A DNA stretch of 64,000 nt from NCBI GenBank assembly GCA_040400605.1, contig JBBAPZ010000007.1, positions 95,729 through 159,728 of the forward strand, read 5' to 3'. Source of the stretch: Candidatus Sericytochromatia bacterium (GTDB taxonomy: Bacteria > Cyanobacteriota > Sericytochromatia > S15B-MN24 > JAQBPE01). Position numbers and translations under genes: made by a program. The notes beneath the pieces were generated by a model that worked only from the letters and a program-made list of their open reading frames with translations, searched no databases and was not told the origin of the DNA. How positions within the stretch are numbered: the first letter of the stretch is position 1; each line of letters starts with the position of its first letter. Below, piece by piece: positions 31,946 to 43,053 of this stretch.

Positions 31946-33219
31946 CCAATCACCGGGTCAGCAGCCTTCGAATCCAATCGGTACAATGGATGGGCGAGAC
32001 ACAATTCACGAACCACCGCGCGTGCCCGTTCCTGCACCAAACCGTCAGCAGGTGCTCTCAGCACCCTCGCAATTGTCTCCGCAACCAGGCAAACATCCTC
32101 ACGTCCGAAACCACGCGATGTGATGGCTGGCGTTCCGATCCTGATGCCACTGGTCACAAAGGGACTCTGCGGGTCATTGGGAATGGTGTTCTTGTTGACC
32201 GTGATGCCCAAACCTCCAAGCAAGGCATCCGCCTCCTTGCCCGTCAAGCCAACGCTTCGCAAATCAAGGCACAGCAAATGGTTGTCAGTGCCTCCCGATA
32301 CGACTCGAATTCCCTGCGCCATGAAAACATCTGCCATCGCTTGTGCATTTTGCACAACCGCTTGCATATACAGTTTAAAATCAGGCTGCAACGCTTCTTT
32401 CATTGCTACGGCCTTGGCCGCAATCACGTGCATGAGCGGCCCGCCTTGCAATCCTGGAAAGACTGCTTTATCGATGGCTTTCTCCCAACTGGCCTCACAC
32501 AAAATCATGCCGCCACGCGGCCCTCTCAGCGTTTTATGGGTCGTCGTTGTCACAAAATCGGCTAAACCCACTGGGGATGGATGCAAACCAGTGGCGACAA
32601 GGCCCGCGATGTGGGCCATGTCAACCATCAAAAACGCCCCGACTTCGCGCGCAATCCGCGCGAAACAATCAAAATCAATGACGCGGGAATAGGCGGATGC
32701 CCCAGCGATGATTAACCGAGGCTTTTCAGCCAGTGCGATCGCCCGCAACACATCATAATCAATTCGCTCAGTCTCACTGTCTACCCCGTAAGAGACGGCA
32801 CGATACTGTAGCCCCGAAAAATTGACCGGACTGCCATGGGTTAAATGCCCACCGTGGGCTAAACTCATGCCCATGATCGCATCGCCAGGCTTCAATGCAG
32901 CCAGAAAAACCGCCATATTGGCGCTGGCACCGGAGTGCGGCTGAACATTGACGTGCGCCGCACCAAAAAGTGCCTTTGCCCTTTCAATCGCCAAGGTCTC
33001 AACAACATCCACATACTCACACCCGCCGTAATAACGCCTGGCGGGTAATCCTTCCGCGTATTTGTTCGTCATCACGCTACCCTGCGCGGTCATCACAGCG
33101 TTTGAAACAAAATTTTCAGATGCGATCAGCTCCAAATGAAACGCTTGACGGTCAGCCTCTTGGGCGATCGCCTGCGCCACCTCAGTGTCCACCTCAACCA
33201 ATTTTGACAGCAAGCCCAT
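31942..33219 (-). CDS. glyA: Serine hydroxymethyltransferase
   Basis: [27 protein letters not shown]. Confidence 0.98.
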   Translation of the reverse strand: MGLLSKLVEVDTEVAQAIAQEADRQAFHLELIASENFVSNAVMTAQGSVMTNKYAEGLPARRYYGGCEYVDVVETLAIERAKALFGAAHVNVQPHSGASANMAVFLAALKPGDAIMGMSLAHGGHLTHGSPVNFSGLQYRAVSYGVDSETERIDYDVLRAIALAEKPRLIIAGASAYSRVIDFDCFARIAREVGAFLMVDMAHIAGLVATGLHPSPVGLADFVTTTTHKTLRGPRGGMILCEASWEKAIDKAVFPGLQGGPLMHVIAAKAVAMKEALQPDFKLYMQAVVQNAQAMADVFMAQGIRVVSGGTDNHLLCLDLRSVGLTGKEADALLGGLGITVNKNTIPNDPQSPFVTSGIRIGTPAITSRGFGREDVCLVAETIARVLRAPADGLVQERARAVVRELCLAHPLYRLDSKAADPVIG

Positions 33220-33249
33220 GCCCAAGCCCCCTTTTACAACCGATCCCAT

Positions 33250-33705
33250 TCACTTTTCCAGGCTAACCGCGTCATTCATGGCATCAAGCATTGCCACCCT
33301 CCGACCATGCCGTCCCGGCTCCCCCTCCGTCGCCAAAAACGTTTGAACGATCGCCCAAGCCATTTCAACACCAATCAAACGTGCACCCAAACACGCGACA
33401 TTCGCGTGGTTGTGCGCGCGGCTCAAACGCGCGGAGACAGGCTCACTCAATGTTGCGGCCCGAATCCCAGGTACGCGGTTGGCAGCAATGCAGACACCGA
33501 TACCGGATCCACATATCAAAATCCCAAATTCAACATCCCCCGCAAGAATCTGACGCGCTACCAGCGCAGCAGGCTCGGGATAATCGACAGCACCCGCATC
33601 ACCACCAAGATCCTCAACGACATGGCCGGCATCGCGCAAACGCTGCGTGAGCGTATCTTTCAGCTCCCAGCCACCATGGTCACTCGCTATCGCAATCCTG
33701 CCCAC
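33250..33705 (-). CDS. rpiB: Ribose-5-phosphate isomerase B
   Basis: ASDHGG, DYP, ICGSGIG, HNHANV, GRH.RR. Confidence 0.95.
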   Translation of the reverse strand: MGRIAIASDHGGWELKDTLTQRLRDAGHVVEDLGGDAGAVDYPEPAALVARQILAGDVEFGILICGSGIGVCIAANRVPGIRAATLSEPVSARLSRAHNHANVACLGARLIGVEMAWAIVQTFLATEGEPGRHGRRVAMLDAMNDAVSLEK

Positions 33706-34092
33706 ATACCACCCCGCGTCAACACCCAAGCACCCCTAATCAACAACCGGTAACAATCATACCGCCATAACATGTCCCGCGCCAAGCACCCCTTGAGCCA
33801 GACACCACCATATAACACGAGTTGACCAAGTCGCAGCGCCAAGGGATACCCGATTGTGACGCCCCGTACGCGCCCAAACCGATCCCGACGTTCGCTTATC
33901 ACCGCCACGTGTCCATGTGAGCCTGAAAAACCTTCTTGGTAAACAGACATTTCCATGGATCATTTTCTTGACCTTGAACAAAAACCACTCATAAACTCCG
34001 ACAGGTTTCACGACTGCGCGCAACCAACACCCTTCATCGGTTCACCCATCGCAGTGAAGATCGACATGGCGAAAAAGTCCTCAACGACCTCG

Positions 34093-34248
34093 GCCAAGTA
34101 AGTGTTAAGGGGCGAGGTGACCACCTAGACAGGGTGAGCGGCAAACCACGGATGCGGCACTGTATACGCCGTTCAGAAGCGCTTTGGTTCTCGGGATGTG
34201 CCGTATGGGTGCCAACCACTACACTTTCCAATCGCCCCTTGTCTTGGT
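34093..34248 (+). ncRNA. Candidate rod-shaped structured RNA (6S-like)
   Basis: Nested stems AAGGGGCGA/TCGCCCCTT and ATGCGGCAC/GTGCCGTAT around an internal bubble. Confidence 0.35.
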
Positions 34249-34327
34249 GTGCACGCCTTCCGGTATCTGGCATCGGCATCATTACACCATGAACACGGCA
34301 CAGCATCCCAACTACCCACGAGCAACA

Positions 34328-34822
34328 TCAACCCCGCACCCTCACGGAATATCCGCGGGCATTGATTTCACCAGCACGGGCCACCGCTCGCTCCTTTGTC
34401 GAAAAAACGCCCAATTGCGCACGATAAGCACCTTCATCATACACAACCAGCGCACGCACACCCTGGCTTTGTAATGTTTGAATCAATGACTCTGCATCTT
34501 CGCGCGCCTCAAATGCTCCCACCTGAACACGATACAACGTTGACTGCTGGCCTCGTGATGGTTCAACGCCGCCCGGCGAAGCAGGTGGTTCCGTCGGCGC
34601 AAACCGAGGCGACGACGCACGCGGAATCGGTTTAAGTGAAGGAAGCCCAACCGGAACCTTCGCGGTCACATTGGCGGTTGCGCCATACGTATAATAAAAA
34701 CCGATTGCGAAAGCCCCCCCGGCAGCCAAACCCACCGCACACAGAAACAAGAAGTTGGCTACGTACGAGCCTCGTTTGCCCCCCATCGTATCGCGTGCCC
34801 TCCTTGTGGAGCGCCAACTCAA
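34328..34822 (-). CDS. Membrane-anchored SPOR domain protein
   Basis: N-terminal TM helix, Pro-rich linker, YRVQVGAF...YRAQLGVF. Confidence 0.85.
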   Translation of the reverse strand: MSWRSTRRARDTMGGKRGSYVANFLFLCAVGLAAGGAFAIGFYYTYGATANVTAKVPVGLPSLKPIPRASSPRFAPTEPPASPGGVEPSRGQQSTLYRVQVGAFEAREDAESLIQTLQSQGVRALVVYDEGAYRAQLGVFSTKERAVARAGEINARGYSVRVRG

Positions 34823-37491
34823 GCACCCTCCCAGCGCGCCAGAGTCTGTTGCACCACCTCAAGTTGTCTCACAATCTCCAACGAGCGATCGCGCAGCTTT
34901 TGAACAACCGCCACCGGCGCCCGGGCGACAAAAGCATCGTTCGCCAATTGACTGTCTACCCGGAGTTGCTCTGATTCAAGCGCATTCAACTCTTTGCGCA
35001 AACGCGCTATTTCTTTATCCAACAAGTCGCCAAACTGGGTCAATGGCAAGTACAAACGCACGACACCCGCCAAACCGGTGGCACATTTCAACTCAGTCAC
35101 CGCCTGCTCATCTGAGATAAAAACCCATCGCTCGCACCGCGTCATTTTTGCAAGAAGCGACACGTGCTCCTCCAACAATTGCCGCTCATCCGCACCCGCC
35201 AGTACAACCATTTCAGTCACCAGTTTGGCCGGCTCAATCCGCAACTCCGCACGCATGTTGCGCACAGTCCGCACGATTTCGATCAACAGCGACACATCCC
35301 GTTCAGCCGCCCCATCTCGCCAGACCGCCTGCGGTTCGGGCCAAGCCACCTGTTGCAAAGACGCCACAACCGACACCCATCCCCGTTGCCCCAGCAACTG
35401 GTAAATCTCTTCCGTGATGAATGGCATAAACGGATGAAGGAGCCGCAACAACGTATCCAAAACCTCTTTCAGAACCCACCGCACGCCTTCGTCTCCCGAA
35501 TCCAGCCGGGGTTTGGCAAGCTCCAGGTACCAATCGCAAAAATGATTCCAGGTAAATTCATACAAGATCTGTGTGGCAACACCAAATTCATAACGGGCGA
35601 TCGCTTCCGACACATCATGCACAACGCCCGTCAAACGACTCAAAATCCAGCGGTCGATCACCGAAGAAATCACCGCCGGACGCTGTGGCGCCTCTGTGCC
35701 GTTCACCGCCTTCATCATGACGAAACGACTGGCATTCCAAAGTTTATTGGCAAAATTTCGGTAAGATTCAATTTTCTCTTCGCGGAACCGCACATCCTGC
35801 GCACTCGTCCCGGCACCCGCCATCCAAAAACGACAAGCATCCGTACCGTACTTATCCATAATCAGCAAAGGGTCCACACCCGTGCCCTTCGATTTGCTCA
35901 TCCGCCGACCCTCTGGATCCAAAATCGTCGCATGAATGATCACATCTTTAAATGGAATATCATCAAGAAACTCCAAAGAGCTAAAAATCATCCGCGCCAC
36001 CCACAAGTAGATAATGTCACGCGCCGTCGACAATACCGACGTCGGATGAAAACGCTTCAATTCTGCTGTCTGTTCAGGCCAACCCTGCGTGGCAAATGTC
36101 CACAAGGCTGAACTGAACCAGGTGTCAAGCACATCGGGATCCTGCACCAACTCCTGTGAATCGCAATGCGCGCAAGTGCGCGGGGTTTCTTCGACAACGG
36201 TCTGATGCCCGGCGGAACAGGTCCAAACCGGTATCTGATGCCCCCACCACAACTGACGCGAAATGTTCCAATCCCTGACCTGTCTCATCCAGTCCAAATA
36301 CACCCCGCCCCAACGAGCAGGGTGAAACTGGATGCGTCCATCCTCCACAGCCGCGATTGCCGGCTTGGCCAATTCCGCCATGCGAACAAACCACTGATCA
36401 GATAAGTAAGGCTCAAGCACTGAATCACAGCGAGAACAATGCCCCACCGAATGTTGGTAGTCTTCGATTTTTCTTAAACACCCCTCGTTTTCGAGGTCAG
36501 CCACCACCCGACGCCTGGCTTCTTCTCGCGTCAAACCCGCATACCGCCCGGCAGCCTCATTCAGAACGGCCGACGCACTCAACGTGTTAATTACTGGCAA
36601 CCCGTGACGAAGCCCGATTTCATAATCATTCATATCGTGAGCAGGCGTGATCTTGAGCGCACCCGTCCCAAAATCCACTTCGACGTGCTCATCCGCGATA
36701 ATCGGCACCGCACGATCCGCCAAAGGCACCCGCACCTGACGCCCCACCCACCCGGCATACCGGGTATCACCCGGATTAACGGCTACCGCCACATCCCCCA
36801 ACATCGTCTCCGGACGAACGGTCGCCACCACCAGTTCCCCCTCATCACCCAAAACGGGGTACGCGACAAAGTATAGTTTGTCATCCTGCACAACCTGACT
36901 AACTTCAAGATCAGACAAACTCGTCAAACACGACGGACACCAATTGATCATCCGGTTGCCGCGATAGATAAAACCACGCTCGTATAAATGCACAAACGCA
37001 CGCCGCACAGCCTTGGAATAACCTTCATCCATCGTGAAGCGCCAGCGTTTATAATCCAGTGATGCCCCCAAACGCCGATATTGGCCCAAAATGGTATCGC
37101 CGTAGGTTTGTTTCCAATCCCAGATGCGCGACACAAATTCATCACGCCCCAAATCGTGACGTGTTTTGCGTTCTTCGCGGTAAAGCTTTTTTTCAACCAC
37201 GAATTGGGTCGCGATACCCGCGTGATCCGTTCCTGGTTGCCACAACACCTCATCGCCCAGCATGCGGTGCTGACGAGCCAAAATGTCCTGAATGGTACCA
37301 TTGACCGCGTGACCCAGATGCAAGGCACCAGTGACATTCGGCGGCGGACACGCAATCACGAAAGGCGTCCGCTCCGAATTCACGTTGGCGTGGAAGACAC
37401 CCAAAGATTCCCAACGATCAACCCAACGGGCTTCAACGTCCTTCGGTTCATACTGCTTCGGAATCTCTGAGACCGTTTGAGCCGGTTGCAT
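34819..37491 (-). CDS. valS: Valine-tRNA ligase
   Basis: PPPNVTGALHLGH, DWNISRQLWWGH, RMSKS. Confidence 0.98.
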   Translation of the reverse strand: MQPAQTVSEIPKQYEPKDVEARWVDRWESLGVFHANVNSERTPFVIACPPPNVTGALHLGHAVNGTIQDILARQHRMLGDEVLWQPGTDHAGIATQFVVEKKLYREERKTRHDLGRDEFVSRIWDWKQTYGDTILGQYRRLGASLDYKRWRFTMDEGYSKAVRRAFVHLYERGFIYRGNRMINWCPSCLTSLSDLEVSQVVQDDKLYFVAYPVLGDEGELVVATVRPETMLGDVAVAVNPGDTRYAGWVGRQVRVPLADRAVPIIADEHVEVDFGTGALKITPAHDMNDYEIGLRHGLPVINTLSASAVLNEAAGRYAGLTREEARRRVVADLENEGCLRKIEDYQHSVGHCSRCDSVLEPYLSDQWFVRMAELAKPAIAAVEDGRIQFHPARWGGVYLDWMRQVRDWNISRQLWWGHQIPVWTCSAGHQTVVEETPRTCAHCDSQELVQDPDVLDTWFSSALWTFATQGWPEQTAELKRFHPTSVLSTARDIIYLWVARMIFSSLEFLDDIPFKDVIIHATILDPEGRRMSKSKGTGVDPLLIMDKYGTDACRFWMAGAGTSAQDVRFREEKIESYRNFANKLWNASRFVMMKAVNGTEAPQRPAVISSVIDRWILSRLTGVVHDVSEAIARYEFGVATQILYEFTWNHFCDWYLELAKPRLDSGDEGVRWVLKEVLDTLLRLLHPFMPFITEEIYQLLGQRGWVSVVASLQQVAWPEPQAVWRDGAAERDVSLLIEIVRTVRNMRAELRIEPAKLVTEMVVLAGADERQLLEEHVSLLAKMTRCERWVFISDEQAVTELKCATGLAGVVRLYLPLTQFGDLLDKEIARLRKELNALESEQLRVDSQLANDAFVARAPVAVVQKLRDRSLEIVRQLEVVQQTLARWEGA

Positions 37492-37573
37492 GCTGGCTGC
37501 CTTCCCTTCAACTGTCAGGCCCCGGCACACACCAGTGAAACCGGGACCCGTTGTAACACCTGATCAGGCGTGA

Positions 37574-38875
37574 CTAGGCGGTTTCCCCCTTCGGCCCTTG
37601 TTTGCTAGGCTGCGGCTTTTTATCCGCCATCACCAACAACGCGCTGGTGGACCGTTTCTCGATCAGATCGCCGGTGACCACACACTTCTTCAGATCTCCC
37701 CGCGAGGGTGCCTCAAACATCACATCAATCATCACTTCTTCCACGATCGCACGCAGGGCACGGGCACCCGTCTTGCGACGCATCGCCTCAGCCGCAATGG
37801 CAACGATCGCATCTTGTGTAAACTCAAGCTCCACATCGTCCATCGCGAGCAACCGCTTGTACTGCTTCAGAATCGCATTTTTCGGCTCGGTCAAAATCTT
37901 GACCAACGCTTGCTCATCCAGCAAATCTAAAGTCGCGAGAACCGGGATTCGCCCGATAAACTCCGGAATCATGCCATATTTGAGCAAATCTTCCGGACTC
38001 AATTGACGCAACAAGTCCCCCATTGGCTTCTCCTCGCTAGCCTGTACGGCAGCACCAAAACCAACCGACTTCTTGCCTGTACGCGCCTCAATGACTTTAT
38101 CAAGCCCCACGAACGCTCCACCGACAATGAACAAAATGTTTGTCGTGTCCAACTGGATGAATTCCTGATAAGGGTGTTTGCGCCCGCCCTGTGGTGGGAC
38201 ATTGGCGGTCGTCCCCTCAAGCATCTTCAACAAGGCCTGCTGAACACCTTCGCCACTGACGTCACGCGTGATACTGGGATTTTCCGACTTTTTGGCAACT
38301 TTGTCGATCTCATCGATATAGATGATACCTCGTTCGGCCTTTTTGACATCATAATCCGCAGCCTGCAACAAACGCAGCAAGATGTTCTCAACGTCTTCGC
38401 CCACATAACCGGCTTCGGTCAGGGTCGTCGCATCCGCAATCGCAAACGGAACGTTGATGACACGCGCCAGGGTTTGAGCCAACAATGTTTTTCCCGAACC
38501 TGTCGGTCCGATCAGCAAAATGTTGCTTTTTTGAATCTCGACTTCATCGTCCGCAGCAGGCACGCTGATCCGCTTGTAGTGATTGTAAACCGCAACGGAC
38601 AAAACCTTCTTGGCCTGCTCCTGACCCACGATGTGTTGATCCAAAATCTTCTTGATGGTCTGCGGCTTGGGTAAATCACGCATTTCCATCGGAGGCGCCT
38701 CGGTTGGCTTGCCACCCTCATACAATTCTTCATCGAGAATCTCATTGCATAATTCCACGCACTCGTCACATATGTAAACGCCGGGCGCCGCAATCAACTT
38801 GCGAACCTGTTCCTGCGTCTTGCCACAAAACGAGCACTTGGGATGACCCTTTGAATCGTCGTACTTGGGTGGCAT
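37574..38875 (-). CDS. clpX: ClpX ATPase
   Basis: CSFCGK Zn finger, [19 protein letters not shown] loop. Confidence 0.98.
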   Translation of the reverse strand: MPPKYDDSKGHPKCSFCGKTQEQVRKLIAAPGVYICDECVELCNEILDEELYEGGKPTEAPPMEMRDLPKPQTIKKILDQHIVGQEQAKKVLSVAVYNHYKRISVPAADDEVEIQKSNILLIGPTGSGKTLLAQTLARVINVPFAIADATTLTEAGYVGEDVENILLRLLQAADYDVKKAERGIIYIDEIDKVAKKSENPSITRDVSGEGVQQALLKMLEGTTANVPPQGGRKHPYQEFIQLDTTNILFIVGGAFVGLDKVIEARTGKKSVGFGAAVQASEEKPMGDLLRQLSPEDLLKYGMIPEFIGRIPVLATLDLLDEQALVKILTEPKNAILKQYKRLLAMDDVELEFTQDAIVAIAAEAMRRKTGARALRAIVEEVMIDVMFEAPSRGDLKKCVVTGDLIEKRSTSALLVMADKKPQPSKQGPKGETA

Positions 38876-39068
38876 TTACTCAAAACCTCCGGTTATGTAT
38901 GAACCCAGGCCTCAAACCGACAGGACGAACTGTCGCCCTGTTCGGTCACTCGCCAAAGCATCCCCACTACTTGCGCCCGATCTGACACAATTGTACCTCA
39001 TCACATCGGACACCTGCGACCGCCTTGCGTCTACAATCTGTAACCGGGGACGCTCGCATCGTTTTCGA

Positions 39069-40451
39069 CTACTCGGCGACAGCTGCCGCCGCGTCGCTGT
39101 CAACTTCCACATTCTCCTCAACCGCATCGGTTTTCGGAGCATAGGCCTCCGGGATCGGCCCTTCAATGATTTGTGCACGCTCGCGTAACCAGTCAAGAAT
39201 CTTGTTACTCAGGACTTCATCGGCCAAAGCCGTCCAACCACCGGACCGCACCAACTGTTCCCGCACGGCTGCGGGATCGACACGGTACATGCCAGCGTAC
39301 TGCGCGACTTCTGCATCCACTTCTTCCGTTGTGACGGACAAGCCTTCCGCCTTGGCGATCGTTCCCAACGTCAGGCTGGTACGAATTCGCTTGGTAGCCT
39401 CGTCGCGCAGACTTTCGCGCCACTGTCCGACACGCTCAGGCGTGAACAAACGCTCAACATCCATCCCTTGGGCCTGCATCGCTTGCGCATACTGACGCAT
39501 CAAAAACTCTGTTTCGCGCACGACCATCGATGCGGGCACATCCACTTCCGCCTTGCTCAATACCTGATCCAGGATCTGTTGCCGCAACAACTGCTCGCGA
39601 CTCTCCTCCGCTTCTTCCTGCAACTCTTTCTCTGTGCCTGCGCGCAATTCCGCCAGATTCGCGTATTCGCCAACGGACTGCGCAAACGCATCATCCAACT
39701 CGGGCAACTGGCGTGCCTGAACTTCCTTAATCGTGACATTGAAAATCGCCGGTTTACCCGCCAATTCCGGCGCGTGATACTGTTCGGGGAAATTCACCTC
39801 GAACTCAACACTCTCTCCCGCCTTCAAACCAATCAAGTGGTCAACGAACCCATCAATGAAACGACCTTGTGCAATTTCACTCTTGTAATCAGTGGCCGTA
39901 CCACCCGCGAAGGCTTCCTCTTGATCAGCCAGACGCCCGGAAAAATCCATCACGACATGACCGCCCATTTCAACGGGACGCTCCACCGCGACCAACTCGA
40001 ACTTCGACTCTCGCAACTGTTCGATCTTGCCATCGACCGCAGCCGGATCCAACTCAATCTTGGGCGCCTGAGCCGACAACTCAGTATAACTACCCGTGAA
40101 GTTCACTTCCGGACGCACCGGCACTGTGGCTTTAAACACCAAAGGCTCCGCCGTTTCGAACTTCACGATCTCCACATCGGGACGCTCAATCATCTCCAGA
40201 GACTGTTCGTGAACTGCGATTTCGAGAGCTTCAGGGATCAACTTCTCCAACGCTTCGCGCTTGATGTAGTCCGCACCAACAGCCTTCTCAACCAACTGGC
40301 GCGGCGCCTTGCCCCGACGGAAGCCAGGAATGTTAACCTGCTGGGACACCTGCCGGTAAGCGTGCTCAAGCGCCTTCTTCACCATATCCAAATCGACTTC
40401 CACTTCGAGATGGACGTTATTTTTTTCTTTTTTCTCAAGGGTGACCTTCAC
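39069..40451 (-). CDS. tig: Trigger factor
   Basis: IPGFRRGKAP, FKBP-like FIDGF / FPEQYH. Confidence 0.96.
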   Translation of the reverse strand: MKVTLEKKEKNNVHLEVEVDLDMVKKALEHAYRQVSQQVNIPGFRRGKAPRQLVEKAVGADYIKREALEKLIPEALEIAVHEQSLEMIERPDVEIVKFETAEPLVFKATVPVRPEVNFTGSYTELSAQAPKIELDPAAVDGKIEQLRESKFELVAVERPVEMGGHVVMDFSGRLADQEEAFAGGTATDYKSEIAQGRFIDGFVDHLIGLKAGESVEFEVNFPEQYHAPELAGKPAIFNVTIKEVQARQLPELDDAFAQSVGEYANLAELRAGTEKELQEEAEESREQLLRQQILDQVLSKAEVDVPASMVVRETEFLMRQYAQAMQAQGMDVERLFTPERVGQWRESLRDEATKRIRTSLTLGTIAKAEGLSVTTEEVDAEVAQYAGMYRVDPAAVREQLVRSGGWTALADEVLSNKILDWLRERAQIIEGPIPEAYAPKTDAVEENVEVDSDAAAAVAE

Positions 40452-40643
40452 TGGATGCCTCCTGCACACGCTGCAAGCTAGCGCTCACGCAACAACTGCC
40501 CCACCGACATTGCGGGGATTCTAAAATTATAACATGGAGAATTAAACTAGTAATAACCAGTGCTTGGCAGTGATCCTTGCCCGCAAATCACCAAGTCGTT
40601 AACATACTTGCTTGGCGCAAGGGGCAAGGTATGGGAGGTCAGT

Positions 40644-42140
40644 ATGCAAACAACGTCGACGTGGATGAACCGGAATGCGGAATCGATGCATCCTGTATCG
40701 CTGCCCGACACCCGCCAGCACTTCATCAATGGCCATTGGGTGGCGCACACCGGTCAATTCATTCCGAATTTCAACCCCGCCCATGTGTCTGATCACCTAG
40801 GTGACAGTCCAGACGGGACGGAAGCGGATGTCGTGGCGGCCATCCAGGCGGCCAAACAGGCCCAACACGCGTGGCACAGACTTGGTGCGATCGCACGGGG
40901 CCGTGTTCTGCACCGGGCAGCCGAACTGCTCGACACCCACCAGCATGCACTGGCTGCCCTGTTGACCAGAGAAGAAGGCAAAACCCTCACTGAGTCGGCG
41001 CAGGAGGTAACCCGTGCAATCGGGTCTATGCGCTATGCCCAGGCCGAAGGGGTGCGCATGATGGGTCAGCAGGTGCAGGGCCAGGACCCCCGATCGCTCA
41101 TCTACACCACGCGGGAGCCTTTGGGGGTGGTTGGCCTCATCACACCCTGGAACTTCCCAGTCTCGATCCCGGTCTGGAAAATTGCGCCCGCACTGATCAC
41201 AGGCAACACGGTTGTCTTGAAGCCCTCGCCCTTGACGCCGCTCACTGCGCGGGCGATCGTTGACATCTTCACTGCCGCTGGCCTCCCGGCAGGCGTGCTG
41301 AATCTGGTGTATGGCGATCGCCTCGCAGGCGAAGCACTCGCATCTCACCCCGACGTCGCCGCCGTCAGCTTCACAGGCTCCACCCGCGTGGGCAAAGCGG
41401 TTTACCAGCAAGTAGCCAGTCACACCGGCCGCTGCCTGATGGAAATGGGCGGCAAAAACCCCGCCGTCGTCATGGCAGACGCCAACCTCGATCAGGCTGC
41501 CGATGCCATCATCGCCGGCGCATTCGGAAGTACCGGGCAACGCTGCACGGCCACCAGCCGCACCATCATTCACCGCGATATCTACGATGCTCTGATCAAC
41601 CGGCTTCAGGAACGCACAGCAAGCATCCGCGTGGGCGATGGCCAAAATCCCAGCACCACCATGGGCCCCCTCGTGAACGACGCGCGCTTGACTGACGTGC
41701 GTGCCCACATCGAAAAAGCCCAGCAAGCCGGCGCGCGGCGACTCTCCGTTGATGTTCCCATCCCCACAGGGGGCCACTACATCGCCCCCGTCCTCTTTGC
41801 GGAAGTCACGCCCGACATGGCGCTGTTTCGTGAAGAAGTGTTTGGCCCCGTACTTGCCCTCACCCCGGCAGACAGCTACGATCACGCCATCGCACTCGCC
41901 AACGACTGCGATTACGGCCTATCCTCGTCCATCTTCACGCGCGACTTGAACACAGCCATGCGCTACTCGCAAGACAGCGCCGTCGGCCTCGCGCACGTGA
42001 ATCTGCCCACCACCTACTCTGAACCGCACCTGCCCTTCGGCGGAATCAAGGACAGCGGCTTTGGCGGACGCGAATCCGGCCTGCACGCCATCGATTTCTT
42101 CACCGAGTGGAAAACCACCTACATGAGCGGGCTAGGATGA
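40644..42140 (+). CDS. Aldehyde dehydrogenase (alpha-ketoglutarate semialdehyde dehydrogenase-like)
   Basis: ITPWNFP, FTGST, EMGGKNP, GQRCTA, EEVFGP. Confidence 0.92.
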   Translation: MQTTSTWMNRNAESMHPVSLPDTRQHFINGHWVAHTGQFIPNFNPAHVSDHLGDSPDGTEADVVAAIQAAKQAQHAWHRLGAIARGRVLHRAAELLDTHQHALAALLTREEGKTLTESAQEVTRAIGSMRYAQAEGVRMMGQQVQGQDPRSLIYTTREPLGVVGLITPWNFPVSIPVWKIAPALITGNTVVLKPSPLTPLTARAIVDIFTAAGLPAGVLNLVYGDRLAGEALASHPDVAAVSFTGSTRVGKAVYQQVASHTGRCLMEMGGKNPAVVMADANLDQAADAIIAGAFGSTGQRCTATSRTIIHRDIYDALINRLQERTASIRVGDGQNPSTTMGPLVNDARLTDVRAHIEKAQQAGARRLSVDVPIPTGGHYIAPVLFAEVTPDMALFREEVFGPVLALTPADSYDHAIALANDCDYGLSSSIFTRDLNTAMRYSQDSAVGLAHVNLPTTYSEPHLPFGGIKDSGFGGRESGLHAIDFFTEWKTTYMSGLG

Positions 42141-42221
42141 TACGTTGGCAGCAGTCAGTTGCGGCCCAGAGACCGGCCTGGCAGTTTTACACCGGCCCCA
42201 CGGCCATCACTATGCGTGCCT

Positions 42222-42581
42222 TCACTTGTTTGACTTCAAAGCCAGCAACTGAATCACCTTTCTAACAATCTGACCGCTAAAAAACCCCACGCCTAAAACA
42301 CTTAACACCCTGCCACCAACTTTAAGAGCGGGTGGGACTGGCAACACGGACCATGCCCACACAGCCGCAGCTGATATGCCTAGATCTTTTACATTGACTT
42401 TCAAACCTTTCTGGAGTTCCTTGACCGTGGTGTTCCGTCTTGAGACTTCCAACCTGTCCAACGCTCTGTCCAAAGCGATCGCACGCGTCTTCTCCATCTC
42501 CGCCTTTTCCGACCCCTTCACCCCCGTTGACGCAGCAACCGACACACCCGCACTGTTAGCAACCGGAGCACTTACAGCCAT
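42222..42581 (-). CDS. Hypothetical small membrane protein
   Basis: Ala/Ser/Val-rich N-terminus and a C-terminal hydrophobic hairpin; GAGG upstream. Confidence 0.6.
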   Translation of the reverse strand: MAVSAPVANSAGVSVAASTGVKGSEKAEMEKTRAIALDRALDRLEVSRRNTTVKELQKGLKVNVKDLGISAAAVWAWSVLPVPPALKVGGRVLSVLGVGFFSGQIVRKVIQLLALKSNK

Positions 42582-42674
42582 CGTCCCTGAATCCTCTCTC
42601 ACCATCACCCGCAAACACACAAACTATATCCACCACCGCTCGCTTCTTCTTGCGCCACCGGGTGTTATTTTGAG

Positions 42675-42689
42675 TTAATTTACCGTTAA
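42675..42689. promoter_or_regulatory. TTAA-N7-TTAA box
   Basis: TTAATTTACCGTTAA upstream of the 42581 gene. Confidence 0.5.
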
Positions 42690-42997
42690 AGAGGTCATGC
42701 AATCCCGAACTGCGAGCAACGGTTGTGGCTTAAAAACGCTAATACCAGACCATTTCCGGGCTGAGTGCCTGTAGCGATTGATCCCTGACGCAGACTGTTG
42801 TTTACTGACCAAAACGAGCCTGTTTGTCGCGACTGGCCACTTCGGATCCGTGCAATCCCGGGCGGACTGCGCGATCGCAGCGTTCGCCCTCAGCAGATTA
42901 CCCAGCCATCATGACCCGCGAGTGTGAAGCGCCCAGTGGTATGTGTCATGACTGGGCTGAGGGTATCAGAGACCCGGTGCAGGATGCCAATCACGTA

Positions 42998-43039
42998 AAG
43001 AACCCCGGGAGCAGGCCAACGCGAGCCCCCAGGGTTCTT
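42998..43039 (-). terminator. Probable terminator after typA
   Basis: AAGAACCC...GGGTTCTT imperfect stem just past the stop codon. Confidence 0.5.
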
Positions 43040-43053
43040 CAAATGACAGCCGC

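Noticed and set aside
31508..32692. 394-aa + strand ORF and similar long ORFs opposite valS, tig, ALDH and clpX
   Set aside because: Antisense shadows of conserved genes in GC-rich DNA
33730..34320. ZTP riboswitch expected upstream of rpiB-glyA, or retron msr-msd for the inverted repeat
   Set aside because: No GACTGGCG/CGCCTGGG motifs and no reverse transcriptase in the window
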